From Chthonomonadales bacterium (lineage in GTDB: Bacteria > Armatimonadota > Chthonomonadetes > Chthonomonadales > CAJBBX01): a stretch of DNA of 64,000 nucleotides. This document shows positions 20,166-29,685 of this stretch, one piece after another. The stretch covers positions 1-64,000 of the forward strand of contig JBBIPC010000022.1 of assembly GCA_037443035.1 (NCBI GenBank), read 5' to 3'. The notes beneath the pieces were generated by a model. It made no database searches and had not been told where the DNA came from. It saw only the letters and a program-made list of their open reading frames with translations. The position numbers and the translations under genes were made by a program. Positions within the stretch are counted from its first letter, which is position 1. Every line of letters begins with the position of its first letter.

Positions 20166-21292
20166 CTGCGCCGCTCCCGATGCACTCGCGGCCGGGTGGG
20201 CGTCCAGTTGTCCTTCGTGCCCGTGAACCACTGTCCGGCAACGAGACCTGCAGCCGCAGATGCGAGGAAGAACGGCCTCTCCTGGTGGACGGTGCGCCCC
20301 ATTGTCCGTACTTCGATTCCGCTGTCGAGGAGGGCTTCGAAGCCTGGCTCAGCATTCACCGTGATGACTTCGTGCCGATGCAGTATTCCCGAGGTCTCGA
20401 GATTGCGCCGCAACGCAGCGTTCTCTTGCTGCGACAGTCTGGGCACGGGAACGAGCACCGAGCACAGAGTCACGCATCCCAGCACCGTTCGGGTGTGGTG
20501 GCTCAGACCCACGTGGCGTGGCCGGGGATCCGCGAAACTGAGTCGTACCGCGGCGACTGGTGTTCCATCGAGCGACGCTGCCGCGTTGAGTGCGATCCCT
20601 TGGTCTATACCCGAGAATCCCAACGGCGTGTCGGTGCCGGTATTGCCTGGCCCCTGGCCCACGATGATGATATCGGCTTTGGCAGCCACCCTGGCGACTG
20701 CCAGCGCCGAGTAAATGTTGACGGCCTCGTAATCACCTCCGAAGGCTTGGCCGCTCGTGATGACAGTGTCTACGAGACCTCTTGCCCGCATTTCTGGAAC
20801 GAGTCGGCTGAGACCCATGGCAAGAGCGGCTCCGTCCGTCATCACGTACGCGACATGCGCCTCTCCGCGTGTCTCCCACTTCGCCGCTGCTGCAATGGCC
20901 GGCACCTGACTATGGAGTTCTGCACAGACCACAGGTGCTCCACCCAACGAAGCGAATCTCCTGAGTCCTTCGTGATGGGGGCTCTCCGGCGCCTCTGCAG
21001 CGAGGACGGGAATCTGAGCTGGCGTGTATCGGAGTTTCATGATGTGGCCGGGAGGATCTGCATGACGAGGATAGCGTTCCACCGCGACCACGAAATCCGT
21101 TCCGCCCGTCCCCAGACCCATCTCCACCGCCCAGGTGTTGAGCACGACACTGTCACCAACCGTAACCAAACCCACAAGGGCCGGATACGAGATGGCGTGC
21201 CTGGCCGAACCATGGACCGCGACCTCCAGTTCCTGGGCGCCAGGCCGCTCCGCCAGAATCCTCTCGACAACGCCACCGACGAACGCAAGCAT
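20162..21292 (-). CDS. DUF3866 family protein
   Basis: LGTGG, GHIMKLRYTPAQ, LHSQ, YVMTDGAAL, GQAFGGDYEAVN, RHVGLSHH; ATG 21292 in a TAATG overlap. Confidence 0.85.
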   Translation of the reverse strand: MLAFVGGVVERILAERPGAQELEVAVHGSARHAISYPALVGLVTVGDSVVLNTWAVEMGLGTGGTDFVVAVERYPRHADPPGHIMKLRYTPAQIPVLAAEAPESPHHEGLRRFASLGGAPVVCAELHSQVPAIAAAAKWETRGEAHVAYVMTDGAALAMGLSRLVPEMRARGLVDTVITSGQAFGGDYEAVNIYSALAVARVAAKADIIIVGQGPGNTGTDTPLGFSGIDQGIALNAAASLDGTPVAAVRLSFADPRPRHVGLSHHTRTVLGCVTLCSVLVPVPRLSQQENAALRRNLETSGILHRHEVITVNAEPGFEALLDSGIEVRTMGRTVHQERPFFLASAAAGLVAGQWFTGTKDNWTPTRPRVHRERRS

Positions 21293-22410
21293 TAGCGAGT
21301 TGCTTCCTGGACGATGGCGACTACGACCTCGGCGGTCTGGATCAGGTCGTCCATGGACGCGCACTCCGCATGCGTATGCACGTTCTTCATGGCGGTACCG
21401 AGCACACAGGTCGGAAGTCCCTTGGCGTTGAACACGTTGGCGTCGCTCCCCCCACCCACAGCTTTGTACACGACCGGTAGACCGATCCTTCCGATGCCAG
21501 CGGCTGCGAGCGCTACCACGGGATCGGTCTCACTGAAGCTGTAGCCTTCGTACTGGGGCTCGACCGCCACCGAAACCTGGGCACCGTAGTACGCAGCCGC
21601 TTGTTCGAAGCTAGCGACCATATGGCTGACCTGTTCTTGGAGCTTCGCGTTGTCACCGCTCCTCGCCTCGGCCTCGAGGACAACGCGAGGACACACGATG
21701 TTGGTTGCTTCGCCGCCGTGAATGGTGCCGATGTTCGCTGTGGTCTCGGGGTCAAGGCGGCCGAGCTTCATGCGATCGATGGCCCGAGCAGCTACCTGGA
21801 TCGCAGAAATACCCTTCTCCGGTTCGGCGCCAGCATGGGCAGGCTTGCCCGTGATCGTCACAGTCATACTGTCCTGCCATGGAGCGCGGATGACGATGGA
21901 CCCAACAGGCGGACCACTGTCAAGAACAAAGCCAAAGGCCGCATGAACAAGGTCTCGCTCCAATGCTTTCGCGCCGAGCAAGCCGACCTCTTCGCAGACC
22001 GTGAAGATTGCCTGGACCTCGCCGTGAGGCATACCTTGCTCGACAATGGCTTCCAGCGCCTCCAACAATGGTGCGATACCTGCGCGGTCATCTGCGCCGA
22101 GGATGCTGTTGCCGTCGCTGCGTATCTCCCGGCCTTCGGTGACGATCTGCACGTCCGGGTTCGGCTCTACTGTATCCATGTGTGCGGCAAAGAAGATGGG
22201 TCGAGCACCGCTCACATTGGCTGGCAGAGTGGCGATGAGATTGCCCGTGTCTCCGCCAGTCGCTTCTCCAGCGCGATCCTGGAGACACTGAAGGCCCAGA
22301 CGCTCTAGGCGTGCCCGGAGGTATTCCGCCACGGGTCGTTCGTGACGAGCGGGGCTGTTGATGCGGCACAGGTCCAGAAATGTCGCGATCAGACGATCGG
22401 AGTTGATCAT
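21292..22410 (-). CDS. M20 family peptidase (peptidase T-like)
   Basis: AHMDTV, LGADDRAG, EEVGLLG, GGGSDAN, NVHTHAE. Confidence 0.92.
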   Translation of the reverse strand: MINSDRLIATFLDLCRINSPARHERPVAEYLRARLERLGLQCLQDRAGEATGGDTGNLIATLPANVSGARPIFFAAHMDTVEPNPDVQIVTEGREIRSDGNSILGADDRAGIAPLLEALEAIVEQGMPHGEVQAIFTVCEEVGLLGAKALERDLVHAAFGFVLDSGPPVGSIVIRAPWQDSMTVTITGKPAHAGAEPEKGISAIQVAARAIDRMKLGRLDPETTANIGTIHGGEATNIVCPRVVLEAEARSGDNAKLQEQVSHMVASFEQAAAYYGAQVSVAVEPQYEGYSFSETDPVVALAAAGIGRIGLPVVYKAVGGGSDANVFNAKGLPTCVLGTAMKNVHTHAECASMDDLIQTAEVVVAIVQEATR

Positions 22411-22426
22411 CGTAGTAATTCGCTTT

Positions 22427-23467
22427 CTATCGTGTCAAGGTGACCTTGCTCAGCCCACGTGGTCGGTCAGGGTCGTTGCCGCGCGCCCTAGCAAGGTGGT
22501 AGGCGAAGAGCTGTCCGGGGATGACGTAGGGCATGGGGCTCAGTAGTTCGGGAATGGTGGCGTCTTGTACGGCGATACGGGTCGTGGCGAGCTCGAGAAT
22601 CTCCGGGCTGTGGGCGATAACGATGAGTTCTCCGCCTCGTTCCTTGATCTTCAGTGACAGATCCAGTTGGGATGCGTAGGCCCGGCCATCGGGAGCAAAG
22701 ACCAGGCACGGAAAGCCTCGGTCCACCATGGCGATGGGACCGTGTAGGAAGTCAGCCCCTGAGTAGGGTTTGGCCACCAGGTAGCATGTTTCCGTCATCT
22801 TCAGCGCCGCCTCGAGCGCTGTCGCCTGGTTGACCCCCCGTGCAAGGACGGCGCATTCCTGCATATAACGGTACCTCTCGACCAAATCAGCGATACTAGG
22901 CTCGAGCTGCAGCATTTGGTTCATCATCTCAGGAACCAGGCGGAGGCCGTCGAGTAGATCTCGCCGATCTGCAACCGTAGCCACCAGCAACGCCACAACC
23001 GCCAGGGCTGTCGTGTACGTCTTGGTCGCCGCCACTGCCTTTTCCTCTCCGGCATGGCAGAGCAGGACATGGTCGGAGACACGCGTGATAGCCGAGTCCT
23101 CGCTGTTCGTTACACACGCAGTCAGTGCACCCGCCGCACGAGCCGCGGATAGCACCTGTACCACATCCGTACCCTGGCCCGACTGAGAGATGCCCATGAC
23201 CAGCGTGTTGGAGAGGGAAAGCCTGGCATCGTAGAGGGTAAAGACTGATGGTGCGGCCAGAGCGACGGGCAAGCCTGCTGCAATCTCGAACATGTACTTG
23301 GCGTAGGTGGCGGCGTTGTCCGACGTGCCCCGGGCTGCGATGATAACGAAACGTATTTCCCGCTCACGCATCTCCGCAGCGAGCGCCGCCACCGCCGGAC
23401 CGCTCAACTCGACCGCCCGCTCGATCCATTGAGGCTGTTCTTGGATCTCCTTCAGCATCTGGTTCAT
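22427..23467 (-). CDS. SIS-domain sugar-phosphate isomerase/deaminase (GlmS C-terminal-like)
   Basis: MLKEIQEQP, ARGTS, ISQSG, VAATKTY, EAALKMTE, HGP, PRGLSKVTLT. Confidence 0.9.
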   Translation of the reverse strand: MNQMLKEIQEQPQWIERAVELSGPAVAALAAEMREREIRFVIIAARGTSDNAATYAKYMFEIAAGLPVALAAPSVFTLYDARLSLSNTLVMGISQSGQGTDVVQVLSAARAAGALTACVTNSEDSAITRVSDHVLLCHAGEEKAVAATKTYTTALAVVALLVATVADRRDLLDGLRLVPEMMNQMLQLEPSIADLVERYRYMQECAVLARGVNQATALEAALKMTETCYLVAKPYSGADFLHGPIAMVDRGFPCLVFAPDGRAYASQLDLSLKIKERGGELIVIAHSPEILELATTRIAVQDATIPELLSPMPYVIPGQLFAYHLARARGNDPDRPRGLSKVTLTR

Positions 23468-23563
23468 GTGTCCATACTCCTGTTGCGGCAGGCTGCTCTT
23501 GCACCAACCTGCCTCTCTTGCTTGGTCGTTGGGCCGTGCATAGCGTGGCCTCGCCGCACACGG

Positions 23564-24772
23564 CTACGGCATCTGGTTTGCCTCCGAGTCCAGACCGCGG
23601 CGTGCGGCCACTTGCGCGTAGGCTCCTAGGATCATCGTTCCCAGTGGTTCCTCTGCTCGGATCCCGCAGACGTTGTTCAGCACCTCGGTAAGCCCAGCCT
23701 CGGAGATGCGACGCTGCAGCTCGACAGCCACGTGATCTTCGCGCGCATCGAACCGGAGCGCTGCTGCGATGACCTTCGCGAGGGCCGCGGGCCGAACTCC
23801 TGTCCGTTCGCAGAGGCGCGCTGCACCCACCAACCTATCCTCCGGGCCGAGCTTGCGGATGGGATCCCTGGCCAGGCGAAAACATGTGTCGCCCAGTTCC
23901 ACGTTGGCGAACCGCTCCAGTAGGTCGGCGACGTGGCTCCGGTGCTCGTTCGGATCGAAGCCGTATTGCCGGATGAGTGCTGCACCAGTCTCTGCGAGTA
24001 CGTCGTCCAGCGTCGGTCGTACGTCCGGGTGGACCAGCGCTTCATACCCGTAGCGGCATCCCACCAACCATCCGAGGTAACCCAGCGTGGCATGCGCACA
24101 GTTGTGGGTGAACAGCTTCCGGGCTTCATGGGCCGCAAAGTTGGACACTGGCTCCACGCCGACGATCGGCGGAAGGCCAGGGACAATCGCCGTCCCGTCA
24201 ATGGGCAAACGCTTGTAAGCCTCCACACGAACCATCAGAGGCTCCGCCGCTGTAGCGGTCTGGAGAGGAACCATCCGGCTGACGACTGCTTGGGGGAAGC
24301 CTGTCTTGTCCAGGATCTCCTCGCGGAGGTCGGCAGCTAGATGCTCGGCCACCAGGCTCCGGAGAACCTTGCCAGCATCATGCAGGTTCTCGCACACAAG
24401 AATGTTCAACGGCCCACCTTCGCATCGGTGGCGGAGCTCCAGCCCTGCTGCTATGGCGGGCGCCACGTGCCGCAGCGCTCCGGCGCCGACCGCAGTGCAT
24501 GCCACACGACACACGGAGAGTTCTCGGGCCACCCTGGCGCGGTCGGCTCCATTCACGGCACCCACACCAGTAATGCGCACATCGTGCGCCCCCGGGCCGA
24601 CGATTCGAATGGTGTACGCTCCTTCGCTATTCAGGGACTCGATGACCGACTCGACGACATCCACGAAGACAACCTGCAACCCGCTCTCGTGGAACAACTG
24701 GGCAATGAACCCTCTCCCGATGTTGCCTGCACCGAACTGGACGGCGGTGGGTTGAGTGGCGAACGCGGTCAT
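23564..24772 (-). CDS. mtlD: Mannitol-1-phosphate 5-dehydrogenase family
   Basis: FGAGNIGRGF, CTAVG, CEN, RKLFTHN, RLARDPIRKLGPEDRL; ATG 24772 overlaps the cdd stop. Confidence 0.8.
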   Translation of the reverse strand: MTAFATQPTAVQFGAGNIGRGFIAQLFHESGLQVVFVDVVESVIESLNSEGAYTIRIVGPGAHDVRITGVGAVNGADRARVARELSVCRVACTAVGAGALRHVAPAIAAGLELRHRCEGGPLNILVCENLHDAGKVLRSLVAEHLAADLREEILDKTGFPQAVVSRMVPLQTATAAEPLMVRVEAYKRLPIDGTAIVPGLPPIVGVEPVSNFAAHEARKLFTHNCAHATLGYLGWLVGCRYGYEALVHPDVRPTLDDVLAETGAALIRQYGFDPNEHRSHVADLLERFANVELGDTCFRLARDPIRKLGPEDRLVGAARLCERTGVRPAALAKVIAAALRFDAREDHVAVELQRRISEAGLTEVLNNVCGIRAEEPLGTMILGAYAQVAARRGLDSEANQMP

Positions 24773-25164
24773 AAGCTGAACGGCTCCTTCAGCAGATCCT
24801 TCAGCTCGGCCCGCCGAGTCTTGCCCCCAACCGTGGCAGCGACGACCAGCGTAGATGGGCTGCCGAACTCGGCCAACCACTGCAGGCAGGCCCCGCATGG
24901 CATGGCAGGCTCGGCCGTATCAGTCACGATTACTAACCCTCTCAAGAGTCGCACGCCCGCTCCTGCGGCGGCCGCCATGGCTGCGCGCTCGGCGCACAGT
25001 GTTAGCCCCAGGGATGCATTCTCGACGTTACTGCCGTAGAAGGTACGGTCGTCCTCAGCCACCACTGCCGCCCCCACAGCGAACTTGCTGTATGGTGCGT
25101 AGGCGTAACGTCTTGCCCACGCCGCCAGGGCGATCAGCGCGTCCTGCTCGCGTCGCGTCATCAT
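24769..25164 (-). CDS. cdd: Cytidine deaminase
   Basis: AYAPYSKFAVGAA, NVENAS, CAER, PCGAC. Confidence 0.95.
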   Translation of the reverse strand: MMTRREQDALIALAAWARRYAYAPYSKFAVGAAVVAEDDRTFYGSNVENASLGLTLCAERAAMAAAAGAGVRLLRGLVIVTDTAEPAMPCGACLQWLAEFGSPSTLVVAATVGGKTRRAELKDLLKEPFSL

Positions 25165-25167
25165 CCA

Positions 25168-27537
25168 CTAGTCCTTCAGCACAGCGATGGTGGCCCCTGC
25201 ACCACCCTCGGTCTCATCGGCTGGCCGCTGTGATTCCACTAGGGGATGATTGCGCAGATAGTCCTGCACGAATCTGCGCAACACGCCTGTCCCCTTGCCA
25301 TGAATGATGCGGACCTGGCGAATTCCCGCGGCGTAGGCGTCATCCACGTAACGGTCCAGAAGCGCGTGCGCCTCGTCTACCCTCATAGCCCGTATCATGA
25401 CTTCGGGCCCGACACTGGTGACCTTCTGCATGGCGATCGCCGACGCAACGCTGCTGCGTTTTCTCGGCTTCGCTTCCGTCGGCGCCTCCTCGCTCACTGG
25501 TCGAAGGACATCCAACGGTAGGGTAGCCCGGAGAGCACCCATCTGGACCTGAGCAGTTCTCTCGTTAGGAAGCGCCGTGATGTTGCCGTCCACACCGAAC
25601 GTCATGACGCGGACCTTGTCTCCAACACGGTAGACATGGCCTTCGGGTGCTGCCTCCGGTTCCGCTTCTACCGGCGGTTCGGCGAGAGCCTCTGTAACCT
25701 CCTGTCGCAGCTCCGCGAGCTTCCGTCTTGCGGTAGGCCCCTTTCGGGTCCCCTTGGCCATCTTGCGCAGTTCGCCGATAATGTTCTCAGCTCGCTCGGT
25801 GGCCCTTCGGAGTACTGCTCTCGCCTCCTCCTCCACTTCCCGCCGTATGGTGCGGCGCACGTCCGCGACCTCCCTGGCAAGACGCTCGTACTGCATCCGC
25901 GCCGCTTCGGCCGCACGCAAGTGCGCTTTGGCTTCCTTTTCGAGGGACTCGGCACGCAGCCGGCTTCTCTCGATGTGCTCCATCATTTCGCCAGCACTGC
26001 GGTCCCGGGCGCTCATGTTGTTCTGCGCCTCGGCAACCACCTCAGCAGGAAGACCGAGCCGCTGAGCGATGTAGAACGCATGCGAGCTTCCGGGCACCCC
26101 GATCAGCACGCGGTACGTGGGTCGAAGTGTGTCTCTGTCGAAGTCCACGGCCGCGTTCTCCACCCCGTCCGTCGTGTACGCATACTCCTTCAGTTCGCCA
26201 TAGTGAGTCGTCGCGATGATCCTCGCCCCCCGGCGTTGGAGTGTAGCGAGGATGGCCCGAGCCAGCGCCGCCCCCTCGGTTGGGTCCGTCCCAGCACCGA
26301 TTTCGTCCAGCAGCACTAAGGATTCGTCGTCGGCCTGCTGAACGATGCGCACGATGTTCCGTAGATGAGCTGAGAAGGTGGACAGCGATTGCTGAATGTC
26401 CTGTTCGTCTCCGATGTCCGCGAATACGCGGTTGAATATCGCCATGCTGCTATCTGGCGACGCCGGGATCTGGAGACCGCACTGACGCATGAGCGTTAGC
26501 AATCCCACGGTCTTCAGAGCCACCGTCTTGCCGCCAGTATTGGGACCAGTCAACAGGAGAACATCGAAGCTGCGACCGATTTCGATGTCTATGGGGACAA
26601 CCTCGCCCTGAAGAAGAGGATGGCGTGCGGAATAGAGCTCGACGACACCGACGTCAGCCGGGCGCGGTTCGCTCGCACCCATATGCTCGGCAAGCACCGC
26701 CTTCGCGTGGGCCAGATCCAGGCTCGCAAGCTGTGCGAGCATCGCCGACAAGTCCTGGTCGTGCCGGCCCACGAGAGAGGTCAGCCGGTTCAGGATGCGA
26801 CTGATCTCCTGCTCCTCGCTAATAGCCAACTCTTTGAGCCGATTGCCCAGATCCACACACGCCGCCGGCTCCATGAAGACTGTCGCCCCACTGGTGCTGA
26901 TGTCATGCACGATCCCGCCGAACTGAGCGCGGCACTCCGCCTTCACGGGCACGCAGTAGCGCCCTTCCCGTTCCGTGATAATGGGCTCCTGCAACATTGT
27001 GCGGAATCGGTCGCTGGCAAGGACGGCGTTGAGCTTATCGAGCAGGCGTCCTTGGACTTGCTTCCGGTCTGACCGTATGCGAGCGAGCGCTGGGGATGCA
27101 GTATCACGTATCTCGCCGTTCTCGGCGATACACTCGGCTATGCGCGTTTCCAGCCCCTGAGGTACCGGCATATGCTTGGCCATCTCCGCCAGCAGTGGAC
27201 ATGTCTCGACGCGTTGATACAGGAAGTTCCTCAGCCTTCGCGCAGCCTCCACAGTGTGCGCCACATCGTTCAGCTCCAAAGGGGTCAGTTGCTGACCGAC
27301 GGCGGCTCTTCGAACGATATCGCGAATATCGCGGATACCGCCGAGCGGCATGCCGGTTCCGTGGTCTCGCAAGTGCCGCGCCTCACGTGTTTCCTGGAGA
27401 CGGCGCGCCACCACGTCCCGCTGCGAGGATGGCTCCAACGCCAGGGCTGCCTCCCGGCCCATGTTGGTAGCCGTGTGGGAAGCCAGGGACTCGAGCACAC
27501 GAGGTAGTTCTAGCACTTTCAGCGAATGCGCATCCAC
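25168..27537 (-). CDS. mutS2: Endonuclease MutS2
   Basis: TGPNTGGKT Walker A, SLSTFSAH, DEIGAGTDP, C-terminal Smr domain IIHGKGTG; start reassigned to GTG 27537. Confidence 0.96.
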   Translation of the reverse strand: MDAHSLKVLELPRVLESLASHTATNMGREAALALEPSSQRDVVARRLQETREARHLRDHGTGMPLGGIRDIRDIVRRAAVGQQLTPLELNDVAHTVEAARRLRNFLYQRVETCPLLAEMAKHMPVPQGLETRIAECIAENGEIRDTASPALARIRSDRKQVQGRLLDKLNAVLASDRFRTMLQEPIITEREGRYCVPVKAECRAQFGGIVHDISTSGATVFMEPAACVDLGNRLKELAISEEQEISRILNRLTSLVGRHDQDLSAMLAQLASLDLAHAKAVLAEHMGASEPRPADVGVVELYSARHPLLQGEVVPIDIEIGRSFDVLLLTGPNTGGKTVALKTVGLLTLMRQCGLQIPASPDSSMAIFNRVFADIGDEQDIQQSLSTFSAHLRNIVRIVQQADDESLVLLDEIGAGTDPTEGAALARAILATLQRRGARIIATTHYGELKEYAYTTDGVENAAVDFDRDTLRPTYRVLIGVPGSSHAFYIAQRLGLPAEVVAEAQNNMSARDRSAGEMMEHIERSRLRAESLEKEAKAHLRAAEAARMQYERLAREVADVRRTIRREVEEEARAVLRRATERAENIIGELRKMAKGTRKGPTARRKLAELRQEVTEALAEPPVEAEPEAAPEGHVYRVGDKVRVMTFGVDGNITALPNERTAQVQMGALRATLPLDVLRPVSEEAPTEAKPRKRSSVASAIAMQKVTSVGPEVMIRAMRVDEAHALLDRYVDDAYAAGIRQVRIIHGKGTGVLRRFVQDYLRNHPLVESQRPADETEGGAGATIAVLKD

Positions 27538-27614
27538 GCTCTCATTGTAGCACGCTGCTCGCACCTCGAGACCGGACGCCAAACCTCGCCGACCATAAGA
27601 GCCATAATGACGGC

Positions 27615-28430
27615 ATGGCGAAGATCTTGGTGGTCACTGCTGACGATCTCGGAGCGACCGAGGAGGGCAGCCGCAGAATCCTCACTGGGCACCGTCAGGG
27701 GATCATCACGGCAGCCAGCCTTATGGTCAACGAACCTGCCGCAGTGATGGCCGTTCACCTATGCCGCGAATGCCCCGACCTCGACGTGGGTCTGCACCTG
27801 ACATTGTCCGGAGGGAGAGCTGCACTGGACCACTCCCACGCTCCTCATCTGGTGAGCCCTTCGGGGCGGTTCCGGGAGAATCCTGCCCGGGCCGGTCTCG
27901 CCTACTGGTTCCGCCGCGCCCTTCGCCTGCAAATCGCTGAGGAAGTCCGCGCCCAGTTCGACCGCTTCATCGCCACCGGGCTCCGCTGCTCCCACGCCGA
28001 CGGTCATCAGCACCTTCACGTCCATCCTGTCGTCTGGGACATCCTCATCGCCTGCTGCAAGGACGTCGGCGCCCGTTGGGTGCGAATCCCATTCGAGGAA
28101 TGGCGGCCCTGTGGCACCGTGCCGCGTGCGCGCCGGCTGGAATGGCTGGCCATGCGAGCCCTTTCGCGACGCTGCCGGCGCACGGCTGCCGCGCTTGGCC
28201 TTCGGTACGCAGACAGAGTGTGCGGCCACATCAATAGTGGCAGGATGTCCGAGACGTGCCTACTACGGACTGTCGAAGCGCTCGGAGCCGGTGTGACCGA
28301 GATCTACCTCCATCCCGGCGCATCGGACCCTGAGCTGCATGCCGTTACGAGCGAGTCTGTTCGTCAGTTGATCGCGGAGCAAGATATCCGGCTTACGCGC
28401 TTCGCTGCCGTCCAGACCGATGGTCCCTAG
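27615..28430 (+). CDS. ChbG/HpnK (YdjC-family) deacetylase
   Basis: VTADDLG, ASLMVN, VGLHL, HADGHQHLH, EIYLHPG. Confidence 0.9.
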   Translation: MAKILVVTADDLGATEEGSRRILTGHRQGIITAASLMVNEPAAVMAVHLCRECPDLDVGLHLTLSGGRAALDHSHAPHLVSPSGRFRENPARAGLAYWFRRALRLQIAEEVRAQFDRFIATGLRCSHADGHQHLHVHPVVWDILIACCKDVGARWVRIPFEEWRPCGTVPRARRLEWLAMRALSRRCRRTAAALGLRYADRVCGHINSGRMSETCLLRTVEALGAGVTEIYLHPGASDPELHAVTSESVRQLIAEQDIRLTRFAAVQTDGP

Positions 28431-28536
28431 CAGAACTCCACTCGCTCAGCCTGGCCGTTCCAGGCGGGTTCTGGATCGCCTTGCGCAGTACCGGCTATAG
28501 CCATATACTAGTGCATCCCACAAGAAGGGGGTTCTC

Positions 28537-29610
28537 ATGGCAACGGGAAGGCAATGTCCCCATTGCGGGGGCGACATCGGTAGTGCCATCCACGATTGCG
28601 TCGCGTCATGGATCTCCACACTGCGTGCACGAAACCTGATCGCAGAGGACTTGGCGTCTGCCCTTGTGGCGGACGTCGCAAGGCATCTTGAACTAGAGCC
28701 GGCGCCACCGACCGGTCGCTCGGGACAGATCATCCGAGCTTTCACTCCTTCCATGGCCTTCCTGCTCATCGGCGCGATTCTCGTGGTCAGCTCCGTGGTC
28801 ATGCTCGTAACGCACTTCTGGGAGGAGATGGGCGGCTACGACCGGCTGGCAGTGGTTGGATTGCCTGCCATCATTAGCTACGCCGTCGCCGAGTGGACAA
28901 GGAGGCGCCACACTGGAAGCCCCTGGGTCCAGGCGTTGTTCGCCACGGTGGGATCGTGCTTAGCGCCGTTCGTCGTTTGGTTGGCGCTGCGGGCACCTGG
29001 AAGCGCCGAGGACTTGCAGCAGCGTGACGTTGCTTACCTGGTGTCGTTGGCAACAGCTGGCGGCCTGCTCCTGCAACTTAGTGCGATCGTGCGATTCGGG
29101 TTCGCGATTCTCACGTTGCCCGCCTCTGTCACTTTCGTTTGGATGGCCGGAGCAACGAGTGAGTACTTCTGGGCGCACTCCAGGAACGGCGTAGCCGTAG
29201 CGGCGGCGCTGGCAGTGGCAGGGGTGTTGCTCATGGCCTGGGGACAGGGGTTCACCCGGCAGGGACTGACCTGGCATGCGCGTGCGCCGCAGTTGGTGGG
29301 CGCGCTCGCACTGTTGTTCGGATTCACTGTACTCGGTGCGGAGGTGGGCTCTGCCGCGGACTGGTGGGCCATTGCGGTGCCGTTGCTTCTCATCCTCTCG
29401 GCATCCAGACCGCAGTTCGCACCTCACCTCTGGCCTGCAGCTGTTTTCCTCGTCATCAACATCTTCCGCATCGGTCTCGAACGCTTCGCAGACTCGGCAG
29501 GACTGCCTGTCACAGTGCTTCTCTGTGGCTTGGCATCCATGGCAGTTGGTTACGTGGTCCACCGAGTGCGCCGAGAACTGGGGTTACCCCGTAGCGACGG
29601 GCAGGACTGA
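28537..29610 (+). CDS. Multi-pass membrane protein (DUF2157-like)
   Basis: Short soluble N-terminus with CPHC then about 10 hydrophobic segments; TATACT at 28504 upstream. Confidence 0.6.
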   Translation: MATGRQCPHCGGDIGSAIHDCVASWISTLRARNLIAEDLASALVADVARHLELEPAPPTGRSGQIIRAFTPSMAFLLIGAILVVSSVVMLVTHFWEEMGGYDRLAVVGLPAIISYAVAEWTRRRHTGSPWVQALFATVGSCLAPFVVWLALRAPGSAEDLQQRDVAYLVSLATAGGLLLQLSAIVRFGFAILTLPASVTFVWMAGATSEYFWAHSRNGVAVAAALAVAGVLLMAWGQGFTRQGLTWHARAPQLVGALALLFGFTVLGAEVGSAADWWAIAVPLLLILSASRPQFAPHLWPAAVFLVINIFRIGLERFADSAGLPVTVLLCGLASMAVGYVVHRVRRELGLPRSDGQD

Positions 29611-29685
29611 AAGCGTCATGCCGAAACGATGGGCCGCCGATACGATGGCGGCCCATCACCGGAGCTCGTGGGTGGTTGCACCTAT

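Noticed and set aside
27615..28430. Hopanoid biosynthesis cluster implied by the HpnK-like gene
   Set aside because: No shc or other hpn genes adjacent; the family also includes ChbG/YdjC deacetylases
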